A DNA stretch of 64,000 nt from NCBI GenBank assembly GCA_964549075.1, contig CAZJUB010000010.1, positions 1,575-65,574 on the forward strand, in the 5' to 3' direction. The notes beneath the pieces were generated by a model. That model was not told the DNA's origin. It worked only from the letters and a program-made list of their open reading frames with translations, and made no database searches. The position numbers and the translations under genes are program-made. Below are positions 28,422 through 38,705 of this stretch, in pieces. Origin of the DNA: an uncultured archaeon (lineage in GTDB: Archaea; Asgardarchaeota; Heimdallarchaeia; Heimdallarchaeales; Heimdallarchaeaceae). The stretch's first letter is position 1, and the number at the start of each line of letters is the position of its first letter.

Positions 28422-29498
28422 CTATAACTCCCAAATTTCTTCAATTGCTCCAAGGAGCTCTTTCAACTCTTCTAAAGTATGATCACCCATATGACCAATT
28501 CTGAAGGTTAAACCTTTCAATTTACCATAGCCATCTGCGATGACAAACCCTTTTTCAGCTAAACCTTTATTCAATTCTCCCACATTTTTCTCCAATTTAT
28601 TTTCAACAGTTGTAACAGTTACAGACCTGTAACCATCTTCAGCAAACAAACCAAAACCATGTTTTAGTGCCCATTCATGAGTATAATTGGCCATAGCTTT
28701 ATGTCTATTATAAATGCCTTCAGCTCCTTCCTCTAACATCTCTTTGAGCTTATAATCGAAGGCATATAGTAACGAAATGTTTGGTGTAGAAGGTGTCTGT
28801 TTCTTTTTGAAATAATATTCTAAAATATGTTCGAGGCTGACATAAGTTCCCTTATTAGGGACTACTTTAGCTCTGTCATAAGCAGCTTGAGATATAATAG
28901 CTACAGCAAGACCTGGTGGTAATGCAAAACATTTTTGGGAGGATGCAAAAACTAAATCAGTTCCCCATTCGTCTGGTAATAGCACATCTCCACCCATAGA
29001 AGATACAGCGTCAACAGTTAAGAGAGTTTCAGGATAATTTTTCAAGAGATTACCGATAGCTTCAAGGTTTGCTCTTACACCAGTACTTGTCTCATTATAA
29101 CAAACTGTTACTACATCATATTCAGATTCTTCAAGTTTTTCTTTAATCAGTTCTGGTTTGATAGCTTTACCCCACTCTACTTCTAGTTTATCTGTTTGGA
29201 TTCCGCTATCAACAAGAGTGTCGTACATTCTTGAAGAGAAAGAGCCATTTACACATGCAAGAGCTTTCTTACCTGGTCTGATAAGATTTCTAGCTATAAC
29301 ATCCATGAAGATAGTACCAGAAGCAGTATGTACCATGATATGTTGCTCAGTTTTGAAATACTTGCGTAATTGTGTTAATACACTATCATATAATTCTGTA
29401 AAATCATTACTTCGATGACCAATAAGGGGTTTTGCTTGTTGTTTTAGAACATCTTCTTTAACCTCAGTTGGTCCTGGTATCCATAATCTTTTGTGCAT
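28422..29498 (-). CDS. Class V aminotransferase (serine-glyoxylate / archaeal phosphoserine aminotransferase type)
   Basis: WIPGPTEV N-terminus, VDAVSS, and PLP-lysine context SSQKCFALPPGL. Confidence 0.8.
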   Translation of the reverse strand: MHKRLWIPGPTEVKEDVLKQQAKPLIGHRSNDFTELYDSVLTQLRKYFKTEQHIMVHTASGTIFMDVIARNLIRPGKKALACVNGSFSSRMYDTLVDSGIQTDKLEVEWGKAIKPELIKEKLEESEYDVVTVCYNETSTGVRANLEAIGNLLKNYPETLLTVDAVSSMGGDVLLPDEWGTDLVFASSQKCFALPPGLAVAIISQAAYDRAKVVPNKGTYVSLEHILEYYFKKKQTPSTPNISLLYAFDYKLKEMLEEGAEGIYNRHKAMANYTHEWALKHGFGLFAEDGYRSVTVTTVENKLEKNVGELNKGLAEKGFVIADGYGKLKGLTFRIGHMGDHTLEELKELLGAIEEIWEL

Positions 29499-29574
29499 AT
29501 TTTATCACCTTAAGTATTAATCGGTATTAGTTTATTAGATAAAAAAAGGTTATTGTCTAATGCTAATATTCAGT

Positions 29575-30087
29575 TCAAGTAATTTTGTTCAAGAGTTGCT
29601 CGATATGACCCCTGTCTATTTTTTCCGGTATCTTCAATCCACTTGAACGATTTTCTAACCAGATTTTTACTGCTGTATAGATAAGTGAACTAAACATTAG
29701 AGAGGCAGTAAATATAACACTAAATACCCAAGTTCCATGAGAATCTCCTCCGAACATCAAAGTATAAATTGTTACAGGAATTATGAGAATACAGATAGAA
29801 GCTAATGGAATACCAATAAAAAGATAGAGAAGTTCATTCCATATGAACAGGAAAATCTCGCTTTTATTCTCATTGAAAAACGAGATGTAAATCACCATAA
29901 AGAGTACGATACCTGCAATAGCAAGAAAAACGCTTCCTAAGACTAATAACCAAGGATTACTATAGAAAGAATAAAGAACAAACATTAAGGATCCAACAAC
30001 TACAGACAATAAACCTAAGATTATTCCTTCCTTGAAAACATCTTCTTCTCTGAATATGGATCCAAATGCCATTGAATAAACGTTCAA
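29575..30087 (-). CDS. Hypothetical polytopic membrane protein
   Basis: Four to five hydrophobic helices. No recognisable motif. Confidence 0.5.
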   Translation of the reverse strand: MNVYSMAFGSIFREEDVFKEGIILGLLSVVVGSLMFVLYSFYSNPWLLVLGSVFLAIAGIVLFMVIYISFFNENKSEIFLFIWNELLYLFIGIPLASICILIIPVTIYTLMFGGDSHGTWVFSVIFTASLMFSSLIYTAVKIWLENRSSGLKIPEKIDRGHIEQLLNKIT

Positions 30088-30273
30088 TTTTTTATCTATA
30101 AGTGTTATTCAAATACAAATTTCCTATCAAAAAGCACATTATTTTTGTCATAAAATTTATTTGTCATAAAAAAAGCATTAAAAACACATAATTTGCAAAT
30201 TTGAGAACCTAGAAACGATTTTTATATAATGAAAGATATGGTAAGGTTTTTTTAGTCAATTTTAGATTAGTGT

Positions 30274-31983
30274 GTGATGGCTATTCAAGATAGAGATAAG
30301 CAGAAGTCAGAAATCGAGAAGACTGTACAAAAATTCTCGGAATTATTGCCTTCTGTTAAACCAACAGCTGAACCAGCTAAAAGAGCATTAGTCATAATAG
30401 ATGGAACAGCTAAATCTAAGGCAGCAGTTCTTGTGGCAGGAGAACTGAATAGGCACTTTGGTACAAAAATAGATGTAATTTGTTTCTATACAGAACAAGT
30501 TCCTTCTTCAAGTGTGATTTCTAAAGAGAGTTATGAGGACTCCTTAGCCTTTGCCTATGAACATCTTAAAAGCAAGGATTTTGAGATAAAAGGAGAAGTT
30601 GTTGAAAATATAGAAAATCTGAAAACGATTTTAGATAACGTAATTCAGATTATAAAATATGATATAATAATAGTACCTTCGTCTTTCATAGGATTAAAAG
30701 AAACAAGAGTAGAAATTGATGAAGAAGAAGATACAGAGGCTAGTATAACAGTCCTGGGAAATGTATTTGACTATCTTTTAGAAGACATCAAAAACATTCC
30801 AATTCTACTTATAGAAAGCGAAAAAATAAATCTAGATGTTCTTTGGAAAAATGTAGGAATTGTATTCAGTAATACCAATCAACTTAGTTATTTATTTGAA
30901 AAAGCTATGAAATATACCCTAAAAAAATCTGAGATTCATCTCTTGATTAACATCGATCCAATTTTCCATGATGATAAAACACTCGATGATTTAGAGATAT
31001 TAGTTAAGAAAAGTAAAGAAGATTTAGAAGTATTTGAGAAAGCAAATTCTCAAGTGTTTCAGGAAGCATCAAGATTTGTTGATACTCATTTCCTATCCAC
31101 AGATAAATTTGAAAATTTCAAGAAAGAACTATATACATTTGGAAAAGATGTGGGTATTTTAATTCTTTACATGCCTTCAAAATATTCTAGCCTGTATGGA
31201 TTCTTTACCGAACTTCTGGAAGACAGCGAAATTACTTTTCCACTCCTGATAGCTAAAGGAAAAGTTGAACCTAAAAAAGAGGAAATAGAGCAACTTAAAG
31301 AAGAACTTCTAGAGGAAACTCCTGTAGAGAAAGTTGAAGAATCTAAGGAAAAGGAAGAAAAAGAAGAAGAAATAGAAGAAAAGATAGTAATAGATGATAC
31401 ATTAAAAGAATCAATCAAAGAAGAAATCAAAAAAGATATTTTAGGAATAAAAGAAGAACCAGAAAAAGAGTATAAAGACAAACTAGATCAGAAAATAGAA
31501 GAAAAAGAGAAGGATGTAGTTAGTAAAATCAAAGACAAAGTAGAAGAAAAGGACACAGAAATCCATGAAATAATTACTGGGAAAATTGAAGAAAAAGAGG
31601 AGGCTGAACAAGAGATGTCAGAAATTGATGAAATAAAAGAAGAAGTCAAAGAAGAGGTCATTGAAGAGATTAAAAAAGAAGTTGTTAAAGAGGTTAAGGG
31701 AGAACCAAAACGTGAGGTTAAAAAAGAGGTTACAAAAGAACTCAAGAAGGAAGAAAGTATTGAGGAATTAAAAGATTCTATCATAGAGGAGATTAAAGAA
31801 GAAATCAAAGAAGAAATCAAATATGAACTTAAGAAAGACCTCAAAGAACCTAGAAAGGAATTAAAAGAAAAGGTCATTGAAGAAATCAAAGAAGAATCTG
31901 AAGAAGCAGAAGAAGCAGAAGAAGTCGAAGAAGAGATAGATGAAGAACAAGAGGAAATCAAAACAAGGAGAGATTTTGAATAA
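30274..31983 (+). CDS. Tandem USP-like (adenine-nucleotide alpha-hydrolase-like) protein with a long E/K-rich C-terminal tail
   Basis: Two USP-like units (ALVIIDGTAKSKAAVLVAGE...IIIVPSS and VGIVFSNTN...ILILYMPSK...PLLIAKG) are followed by about 235 aa of EEIKEEIK-type low complexity. Confidence 0.5.
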   Translation: MMAIQDRDKQKSEIEKTVQKFSELLPSVKPTAEPAKRALVIIDGTAKSKAAVLVAGELNRHFGTKIDVICFYTEQVPSSSVISKESYEDSLAFAYEHLKSKDFEIKGEVVENIENLKTILDNVIQIIKYDIIIVPSSFIGLKETRVEIDEEEDTEASITVLGNVFDYLLEDIKNIPILLIESEKINLDVLWKNVGIVFSNTNQLSYLFEKAMKYTLKKSEIHLLINIDPIFHDDKTLDDLEILVKKSKEDLEVFEKANSQVFQEASRFVDTHFLSTDKFENFKKELYTFGKDVGILILYMPSKYSSLYGFFTELLEDSEITFPLLIAKGKVEPKKEEIEQLKEELLEETPVEKVEESKEKEEKEEEIEEKIVIDDTLKESIKEEIKKDILGIKEEPEKEYKDKLDQKIEEKEKDVVSKIKDKVEEKDTEIHEIITGKIEEKEEAEQEMSEIDEIKEEVKEEVIEEIKKEVVKEVKGEPKREVKKEVTKELKKEESIEELKDSIIEEIKEEIKEEIKYELKKDLKEPRKELKEKVIEEIKEESEEAEEAEEVEEEIDEEQEEIKTRRDFE

Positions 31984-32075
31984 TCAAAGATTGTGATTGT
32001 GATTTTAAGTCTCAAATTGAAGTATCAAAAAATAATAAAATTAAAAATTTGATTCCAAATTAAAATGGTGATAAA

Positions 32076-33611
32076 TTGGTAAGTGTGTTAGATAATTACG
32101 GATGGATTGCAACAATCTTTATTGTAATTATTGTACTTGCCACTATCTTATTACTGATGAAGGAGGGTATAGATGCAACAAAAATTACTGTTACTGGTGC
32201 TGTTGTAGTTGCTTTGATTTACTTGTTTTTTATGGATTGGCAATTAGGATTTGCAGAAAATCTAAGTTTTGAACATGTTCCTAATAACTTCTTAGAGGCA
32301 TTATCACAAACTATAAATGTTGAAGCAATATTGATTATTTTTTCAGTGAGTATTATTGTAGCAATAACAAAAGGTGCAGGATTCTTCGATTTTATTTCAC
32401 TTTCTATAGTCAAATTAACAAAAGGAGATCCAAGAAAGCTAATGATTGCTTTAGGTGGTCTTACTTTCTTTGTTTCAATGTTTTTTGATAATCTTTCAGC
32501 GATTATTTTACTAGGATCACTCACAGTTGTTATATGTAGGCAATTAGAACTTAATATAAGACCTTTTGTATTATTTGTTGGTATAAACACAATAATTGGA
32601 GGATTACCAACACCAGTCTCTTCACTTCCAAATATTATTTTCTATAATTTGCTTAAACCAGGAACATTAGCTAAAAACGGAAATTTTGTCGATATAAATT
32701 TTATCTCATTTATGGGATATATGCTTCCTATCTCTATATTTTTCTTTGGTGTTGCTTTAGCATTCTTCTTCTTTATTTATAGAAAAGATATTCTTATTGA
32801 AGTATCAGATGAGAAGAAAGAACAATTGAGCAGAATCAATCCTTGGTCTGGAGTCGAAGACCGAAAAAATATCTGGAAATCTATAATACTTCTAGGAACT
32901 CTTTTTACTGGTTTTCTCTTAACTAGTATCCAGGTTGAGGCAACACAAATAAGCATAGGTTTGAAAGGTGTTACTAGCTTAACCTTAGCTGATCATTTGA
33001 ATCCAGGATACAACTCTAATGTAGTTTCAATATTTCAATTCCCTGATGTAGCTTTTGTTGCCCTTATTGTAGCAGTTTTTGGTATCTTTCTCTTCAAAAA
33101 GGAACTAAAACACTTTCTTGAAGAAGGAGTAGAATGGGAGATGATTGTATTTTTCATAGCTCTATTCATACTGATGGGAGTACTAACAGCTTCAGGAGCT
33201 TTGTCACCATTAACAAAAATCATGAGCAATTTCCTTCAAGCAGAAACTGAAACGGGATTAATACCAATAGGGGGGCAAATATTAGTAGCGCTGATAATTG
33301 GAGTGGTTGGACTTCCAATCACTGGATTCCTTAACGGATCATCAGCAGCTTTGATTTTCTCTTATATTTTCCAGACACTTCCTAGAGGAATTTTACCTGG
33401 TTTATGGATAGGATTTGTGTTAGGAGGAAACATTGGGGGGGCTCTTTCACCTTTAGGTTCTATAACTATCTTAATGGCTTTAGAAATTTTAAACAGAGAA
33501 GGAGACAAAATGTCGTTCCTTCAATATATAATAAGAATGCTCCCTTTAACACTTCTGTTTGGTGTTTTAAGCGTGCTTTATTCTATGTTTTTAATTGGAG
33601 TAGGACTATAA
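32076..33611 (+). CDS. ArsB/NhaD-superfamily ion transporter (citrate-transporter-like permease), copy 1
   Basis: Polytopic. Contains conserved MFFDNLSAIILLGSLTVVIC, GGLPTPVSS and EWEMIVFFIALFILMGVL. It is a paralog of the next gene. Confidence 0.7.
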   Translation: MVSVLDNYGWIATIFIVIIVLATILLLMKEGIDATKITVTGAVVVALIYLFFMDWQLGFAENLSFEHVPNNFLEALSQTINVEAILIIFSVSIIVAITKGAGFFDFISLSIVKLTKGDPRKLMIALGGLTFFVSMFFDNLSAIILLGSLTVVICRQLELNIRPFVLFVGINTIIGGLPTPVSSLPNIIFYNLLKPGTLAKNGNFVDINFISFMGYMLPISIFFFGVALAFFFFIYRKDILIEVSDEKKEQLSRINPWSGVEDRKNIWKSIILLGTLFTGFLLTSIQVEATQISIGLKGVTSLTLADHLNPGYNSNVVSIFQFPDVAFVALIVAVFGIFLFKKELKHFLEEGVEWEMIVFFIALFILMGVLTASGALSPLTKIMSNFLQAETETGLIPIGGQILVALIIGVVGLPITGFLNGSSAALIFSYIFQTLPRGILPGLWIGFVLGGNIGGALSPLGSITILMALEILNREGDKMSFLQYIIRMLPLTLLFGVLSVLYSMFLIGVGL

Positions 33612-33647
33612 AAATTGGAAAAATAATAGAAGGGTGATATTTGAAAA

Positions 33648-35003
33648 TTGAGCACTGAACTTCTGGGTCAAATTTTGATAGTTCTTATCGTTCTAGTAAC
33701 TATTATACTTTTTATTTTTGAGAAATTTGAGAAAATAAAGATTGCTCTTACAAGTTCAATTTTTTCATTACTTATATTCTATTTCTTAATATTTCGCAAC
33801 AGTGAAGAATATTTAGGAAAAACGTTTTTTGGCGCAACTTTTGAATTCATTAATATTGAAGCGATATTGATCATATTCTCAATAAGTATAATAGTATCGT
33901 TAACCAAAAGAGTAGGCTTTTTTGACCTTATTTCTTTATACCTTGTCAAACTCACAAAAGGAGATCCAAAAAAATTATTTATGGTTTTAGGAGGGATAAC
34001 ATTTTTTATTTCAATGTTCTTTGATAATCTTTCTGCGATCATTTTACTAGGTTCATTGACAGTAGTAATTTGTAAACAGATCGAAGTAAATCCTGTTCCT
34101 TTTATCTTGTTCGTAGGTGTAAATACAGTAATTGGAGGTCTACCTACTCCTGTTTCATCGATTCCAAACATAATCTACGCTAGCGACTTTCAAAAGATAA
34201 ACTTCATCAAATTCATGATGTTGATTTTACCTCTAGCAATTTTCTTCTTTGGGATTGCAACAGCTTATTTCTTTTTGGTTTTTAAGAAAGATCTCTTGAA
34301 AAAAGTGTCAAAAGAGAAAAAAGAACAGATTGAGAGAATCAATCCTTGGTCAGGTATAAAGAATAAACAAGATATCTTGAAGTCAATAGGTTTACTAGTT
34401 TTTCTTTTCGGTGGATTTCTTCTTACAAGTTGGGATAAATTTACAGTCGATGTAGCATTTTTCGCGTTGATATCAGCTGTTATAGGCTTATTTCTCTTCA
34501 GAACACAATTTAGAGAGATGATAGAAGAAGGGATAGAGTGGGAGATGATTGTATTTTTCATAGCTCTGTTTATACTGATGGGAGTATTGCAAGCTTCAGG
34601 GGCTTTAAATCCTATAACTTCACTTCTAAGAAGTATTCTCGGAGAGAACGCTGAACCAGTTAGACAAATTATTGTTGTAGCAATAATAGGATCAATAGGT
34701 TTTATAATCATGGGAGTGATAAATGTGATACCAGCAGCAGTAGTTTTCTCATCAATTTATCATTCGTTAAGCATAACTTCAATAGGACTATGGTTCTCGT
34801 TCTTACTTACAGGAAATATTGCAGGAGCATTTATACCAATAAGCTCAGCAACAATATTAATGGCTATAGAGATATTAAAAACAGAAAAATATAAGGTAGA
34901 TTTCAAGAAATACATGAAAAACATACTTCCGCTAATCCTAATATTACAAGTACTAGCAATGGCGTTTAGCTTAATCTTGGTATATTTTCCACCGAAAATA
35001 TAA
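33648..35003 (+). CDS. ArsB/NhaD-superfamily ion transporter, copy 2 (tandem paralog)
   Basis: Shares long identical blocks with copy 1: MFFDNLSAIILLGSLTVVIC, INPWSG and EWEMIVFFIALFILMGVL. Confidence 0.7.
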   Translation: MSTELLGQILIVLIVLVTIILFIFEKFEKIKIALTSSIFSLLIFYFLIFRNSEEYLGKTFFGATFEFINIEAILIIFSISIIVSLTKRVGFFDLISLYLVKLTKGDPKKLFMVLGGITFFISMFFDNLSAIILLGSLTVVICKQIEVNPVPFILFVGVNTVIGGLPTPVSSIPNIIYASDFQKINFIKFMMLILPLAIFFFGIATAYFFLVFKKDLLKKVSKEKKEQIERINPWSGIKNKQDILKSIGLLVFLFGGFLLTSWDKFTVDVAFFALISAVIGLFLFRTQFREMIEEGIEWEMIVFFIALFILMGVLQASGALNPITSLLRSILGENAEPVRQIIVVAIIGSIGFIIMGVINVIPAAVVFSSIYHSLSITSIGLWFSFLLTGNIAGAFIPISSATILMAIEILKTEKYKVDFKKYMKNILPLILILQVLAMAFSLILVYFPPKI

Positions 35004-35196
35004 TTCGAATTTTCATTTCACATATTTTTAGAAATTAATGCATAATCTTTTAGAAATATTAAGAAGAAGAGTTATAAAACATTTCTGAGAAAGTAGATTG
35101 TTATGATCGAGTAAGAACCTACTTTCGAGGAATTGATAGAACAGCTGAAAGATGAAGATTGAAAGAAAAACAAAAAACTAGAAATAAAGAAGAATA

Positions 35197-36252
35197 TTAA
35201 TTCTTCTCCATCCAAGTACGACCATCCCAGTGAGTTGAACCAGGTTTTGTCGCAATTCCATCTGGTTTCTTTCCAGCTTTTAATTCTTCTTCTGTTAACC
35301 AATACATTGAGGGGTGTTCCACATTATATAGAACATTATACGCTTGTGGCATATGTTCAACTATCACATGTTGACTGATATCGCCTTCGTATATCTCCCC
35401 ATCATGTTCCATACCTATTGGACTCTCCAATTCTACTTCCACTTTTTTAGCGTACTTATACTCTGCACCTTTCAAGTTTAAATGCTCCCCTTTGAAGATT
35501 TTTTGTATTCCTAGAAGAGTAGCAAATTTGGTCATGTCTCTTGAGATAAACACATCAAAGAAATCGTTTTGAGGATGAGCGTTTACACATGATAACATTC
35601 CCCCACCAAGAGATTTTCCTATACCTATTGCTATTAGCATTAATCTGAAATCCATCGGTTCTCCATCATCTAGAACAATCGTTCCTTTTCTCTGTTTAAC
35701 TGTAGCTAATTTCTTTAAAGCTAGAAAAGTATATCTAGATGGTCCTTTGATCCAATTCATCTCCCCATCCAAGTTTGCTAGATTGACTAAAGAAGAGATA
35801 CCAAAATCAAAACTGTTCCCAAAGAAGACTTCAAATTTGGTATCAGGATACTTTACATGACCTATTGAGGAAGGTGAAACAGCTGTTTTCTCTATTAATG
35901 TTCTAGCTGCATTTTCTGGATCCCAAGGTATTCCCATGAATGTACATAAGTCGTTACCTGTCCCAAAAGGTAAGACTCCAAAAGTTATATTCTTTCTCTG
36001 TTGTTCTGAAGAACTCATAATACCGTTGATAGCTTCGTTTACTACTCCATCCCCTGAAGCAACAATGATTCTATTAAATCCATCTTTAATTGCTTGTTTA
36101 GTTAAGTCTTGACCTTGAGCTCTTGCTGTTGTAAAAACAACATCATAATCTATACCACTTTCTTTGATAACTGGCTCAGCTTTTTCCCATCTTTTTGGGC
36201 ATAAACCTACACCTGCATTAGGATTTACAATAAACTTCCATTTTAAAGACAT
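35197..36252 (-). CDS. Diacylglycerol-kinase-family lipid kinase (YegS/BmrU-like)
   Basis: DAGK catalytic-domain motifs NPNAG, VASGDGVVNEAINGI and LPFGTGND. Confidence 0.8.
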   Translation of the reverse strand: MSLKWKFIVNPNAGVGLCPKRWEKAEPVIKESGIDYDVVFTTARAQGQDLTKQAIKDGFNRIIVASGDGVVNEAINGIMSSSEQQRKNITFGVLPFGTGNDLCTFMGIPWDPENAARTLIEKTAVSPSSIGHVKYPDTKFEVFFGNSFDFGISSLVNLANLDGEMNWIKGPSRYTFLALKKLATVKQRKGTIVLDDGEPMDFRLMLIAIGIGKSLGGGMLSCVNAHPQNDFFDVFISRDMTKFATLLGIQKIFKGEHLNLKGAEYKYAKKVEVELESPIGMEHDGEIYEGDISQHVIVEHMPQAYNVLYNVEHPSMYWLTEEELKAGKKPDGIATKPGSTHWDGRTWMEKN

Positions 36253-36364
36253 GAGAGTTAGTTTTCTGCAACTTACTTATAAAGATTGTAGTATTTTATG
36301 ACAAGATAATATTATATTGGCAGATAATATATATTCTCACATGTTTGAGCAGTAGAACAGAAAA

Positions 36365-38671
36365 TTGTTTGTTTGTTCTTGTTCTAGGCTTTTATATAAG
36401 GAGCGAGAAAGTATTGCTATGTTATGGGTATCTAGAACTACTAAAAGCATGGTCAAAGGTTTACTTCTCTCATTATTAGTTTCAACTTCTGTTATTGCTA
36501 CCCTGATTTATCCTTTTTATCTTTCTAATCGTAATAATCTGTGGAAAGAAGCTGGCAATTATGATTGGGTAACAGGAGTAATTGATCGTTCACCTCAACC
36601 AGGACCAGCGTTGGCTCATAATATCGAATTAGAGACTGAAACTCCTTTTGGCACCTATATTCCTAAAACTCTGAATTATATCCCCTCTATTATACCTACC
36701 CCTATAGCTCCAGATTTATCAAATGTCGGATGGGATATGGAGGTATTTGCTTGGTTTTCTCAAGAAGCTAGAGATACTTTAGCAGAACAAGGATATTTAG
36801 TAACAGAAGGAACAAGGTCCATATATGAAACTTATAAACCTTCAAGCCCTGCCGAAGCTAATGCCAAATATATTACAACTGATCTCGCTCTTCATACATA
36901 TCATCGATTGTTTTCTATGGCTATGAAATTTACAGAAGGCGTTTATCTAGTTAATGATTTTGCGACGATGGTTGTTGCTCTAAGAAATCATCAAATAGAA
37001 TTAAGTCACTTAATAGTTCCGAGCAATGTTATGAATGCTCTAAGAAAGAATATAGCTTATCTGTCAACTATTTTAGTTCTTCTTAATGATACTTACTCCA
37101 TACCAATTGAAGTTCAAGGCATGGTAGAAGATGAACTTGATAACATCGATAATGGTGTGCTTGCACCTTCAGCTATCTTTGGTTATTCAGAGGACTATTC
37201 CCAATATAAGGTAAGAGGGCATTATTCGCTCAATGAAATTCTCTCTAACTATTTCCAAGCAATGATGTATGCTGGTCGTATGGGTTTTCTTTTCCAATAC
37301 GAGTTCTTATCTCTTGCAGCGAGAAGAGAGCAAACTAGAATGGCTCTTTTGTTAGTTTCTTCCTTTAACGAAACTGTTGGTGATCAACAGATTTGGAATT
37401 ATTGGGAAAGAATCTATGGTACTACTTCATTCTTTGTTGGTAAAAGCAATGATCTTACTGCTTTAGATTACTATAAACTCTATAAGCACTATGGCTATCC
37501 AGAGTTAAATGATATTGCAGAAGAAGAGCTCATAAATAAAGTGATGAGTGATTTAAGAGAAGCACATTATCCACGAATAATAACTATGTTAGTAGACAGT
37601 TCAGATCTTTCAGGAATACCGAGAGGTTTCAGGTTATTTGGTCAAGCTTTTATCCCTGATTCCTACATGTTTCAAGAATTAGTTGCTGATAAAGTTCAGG
37701 GAAGATTGATGCCTAAAGCTCTAGATATTATGTCAGTTTTTGGTAGTGAGAGAGCTGTTTATCTTCTTCAAAATGAGAGCGTATATGACAATTATGATGA
37801 ACAAATAATTAAATTAAGAAATGAATATGGAGATTTAACAGATTACGATTGGTGCCAATCTTTATATTGGTTGCAATTGTATTCTATTCTTCCCTTACTG
37901 CAATCAAATTACACAGATTATCCGGGTTATATGCAAAATGAATCTTGGCTTGATAAATCACTTACAACTGCTTTAGGTTCTTGGGCTGAATTACGTCACG
38001 ATTCCATCTTATATGCAGCTCAATCATACACAGCTTTGAGTGCGCATAACGGTGTTGGATATGTGGAACCTTATCCAGAACTTTATGCAAGATTATCTAG
38101 TCTGATAAGTTTAATGAGAGATGGTCTTGCAGCAAGGAATTTACTGATTTCAGATTTTGAAGAAAGACTACTTGAAACTATTACAATTTGTGACAGACTC
38201 ACTGTTATTAGTATTAAAGAACTTGAAAATGAAGCTTTCACTCAAAATGATATAGACTTTCTTGAAGATGTTGGGTATGATCTGTGTCTTTTAGTGAGTT
38301 TTAGCGACACTATTTACCAGCAATGGGTAGATGCTAGATATAATAGAGATGCATTGATAGCTGATGTTCACACAGACCCAAATACAGGAACTGTTTTAGA
38401 AGTCGGAACAGGTAATTCAAATTTTATTTATGCAATTGTTCAAAATCATCTAGGAGAACTTCGCGTTGTTAAAGGAGGTATTTACTCTTATTACGAATTT
38501 GTTCAACCATACCAGAGTAGATTATCCGATGAGGAATGGCATGAAATGCTTGATACAACCAATCCTAGTATGCCAGATTGGATACTCAATAGCATTCCTT
38601 TTCTCGATAATGACGTAGTTTTCGCACAAGTTAGAAGCATATTTTTCCTAAAGGATGCAAAAAAGATTTAA
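36365..38671 (+). CDS. DUF3160 domain protein, N-terminally membrane anchored
   Basis: Blocks ITTDLALHTYHRLF, YSQYKVRGHYS and SWAELRHDSILYAAQSY match my recollection of DUF3160. The likely true start is the ATG at 36419 (MLWVSRTT...), followed by a TM helix. Confidence 0.6.
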   Translation: MFVCSCSRLLYKERESIAMLWVSRTTKSMVKGLLLSLLVSTSVIATLIYPFYLSNRNNLWKEAGNYDWVTGVIDRSPQPGPALAHNIELETETPFGTYIPKTLNYIPSIIPTPIAPDLSNVGWDMEVFAWFSQEARDTLAEQGYLVTEGTRSIYETYKPSSPAEANAKYITTDLALHTYHRLFSMAMKFTEGVYLVNDFATMVVALRNHQIELSHLIVPSNVMNALRKNIAYLSTILVLLNDTYSIPIEVQGMVEDELDNIDNGVLAPSAIFGYSEDYSQYKVRGHYSLNEILSNYFQAMMYAGRMGFLFQYEFLSLAARREQTRMALLLVSSFNETVGDQQIWNYWERIYGTTSFFVGKSNDLTALDYYKLYKHYGYPELNDIAEEELINKVMSDLREAHYPRIITMLVDSSDLSGIPRGFRLFGQAFIPDSYMFQELVADKVQGRLMPKALDIMSVFGSERAVYLLQNESVYDNYDEQIIKLRNEYGDLTDYDWCQSLYWLQLYSILPLLQSNYTDYPGYMQNESWLDKSLTTALGSWAELRHDSILYAAQSYTALSAHNGVGYVEPYPELYARLSSLISLMRDGLAARNLLISDFEERLLETITICDRLTVISIKELENEAFTQNDIDFLEDVGYDLCLLVSFSDTIYQQWVDARYNRDALIADVHTDPNTGTVLEVGTGNSNFIYAIVQNHLGELRVVKGGIYSYYEFVQPYQSRLSDEEWHEMLDTTNPSMPDWILNSIPFLDNDVVFAQVRSIFFLKDAKKI

Positions 38672-38705
38672 AATCTCTCCTCCTTTTATTGTTTGACTCT
38701 CTAAA

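Noticed and set aside
31167-32015. Two long minus-strand ORFs (31167-31481 and 31488-32015) encoding Ser-rich proteins
   Set aside because: They are the antisense reading of the GAA/AAA-rich E/K tail of the plus-strand gene (TTC/TCT/TTT codons). Their composition is pure low complexity and there is no independent start or terminator context.
32219-34711. Minus-strand ORFs 32219-32590, 33035-33229, 33779-34171 and 34265-34711 inside the permease genes
   Set aside because: They lie antisense to well-supported transporter genes with conserved blocks. Their appearance at equivalent positions in both paralogs reflects the duplicated sequence, not separate genes.
35072-35302. 76-aa minus-strand ORF overlapping the 3' end of the lipid kinase gene, and a weak C/D-box-like pattern (tgatcga ... 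ctga) at about 35100-35150
   Set aside because: The ORF is out of frame with and overlaps a well-supported gene. The C box is imperfect (UGAUCGA rather than UGAUGA), and no C'/D' pair or terminal stem is evident.
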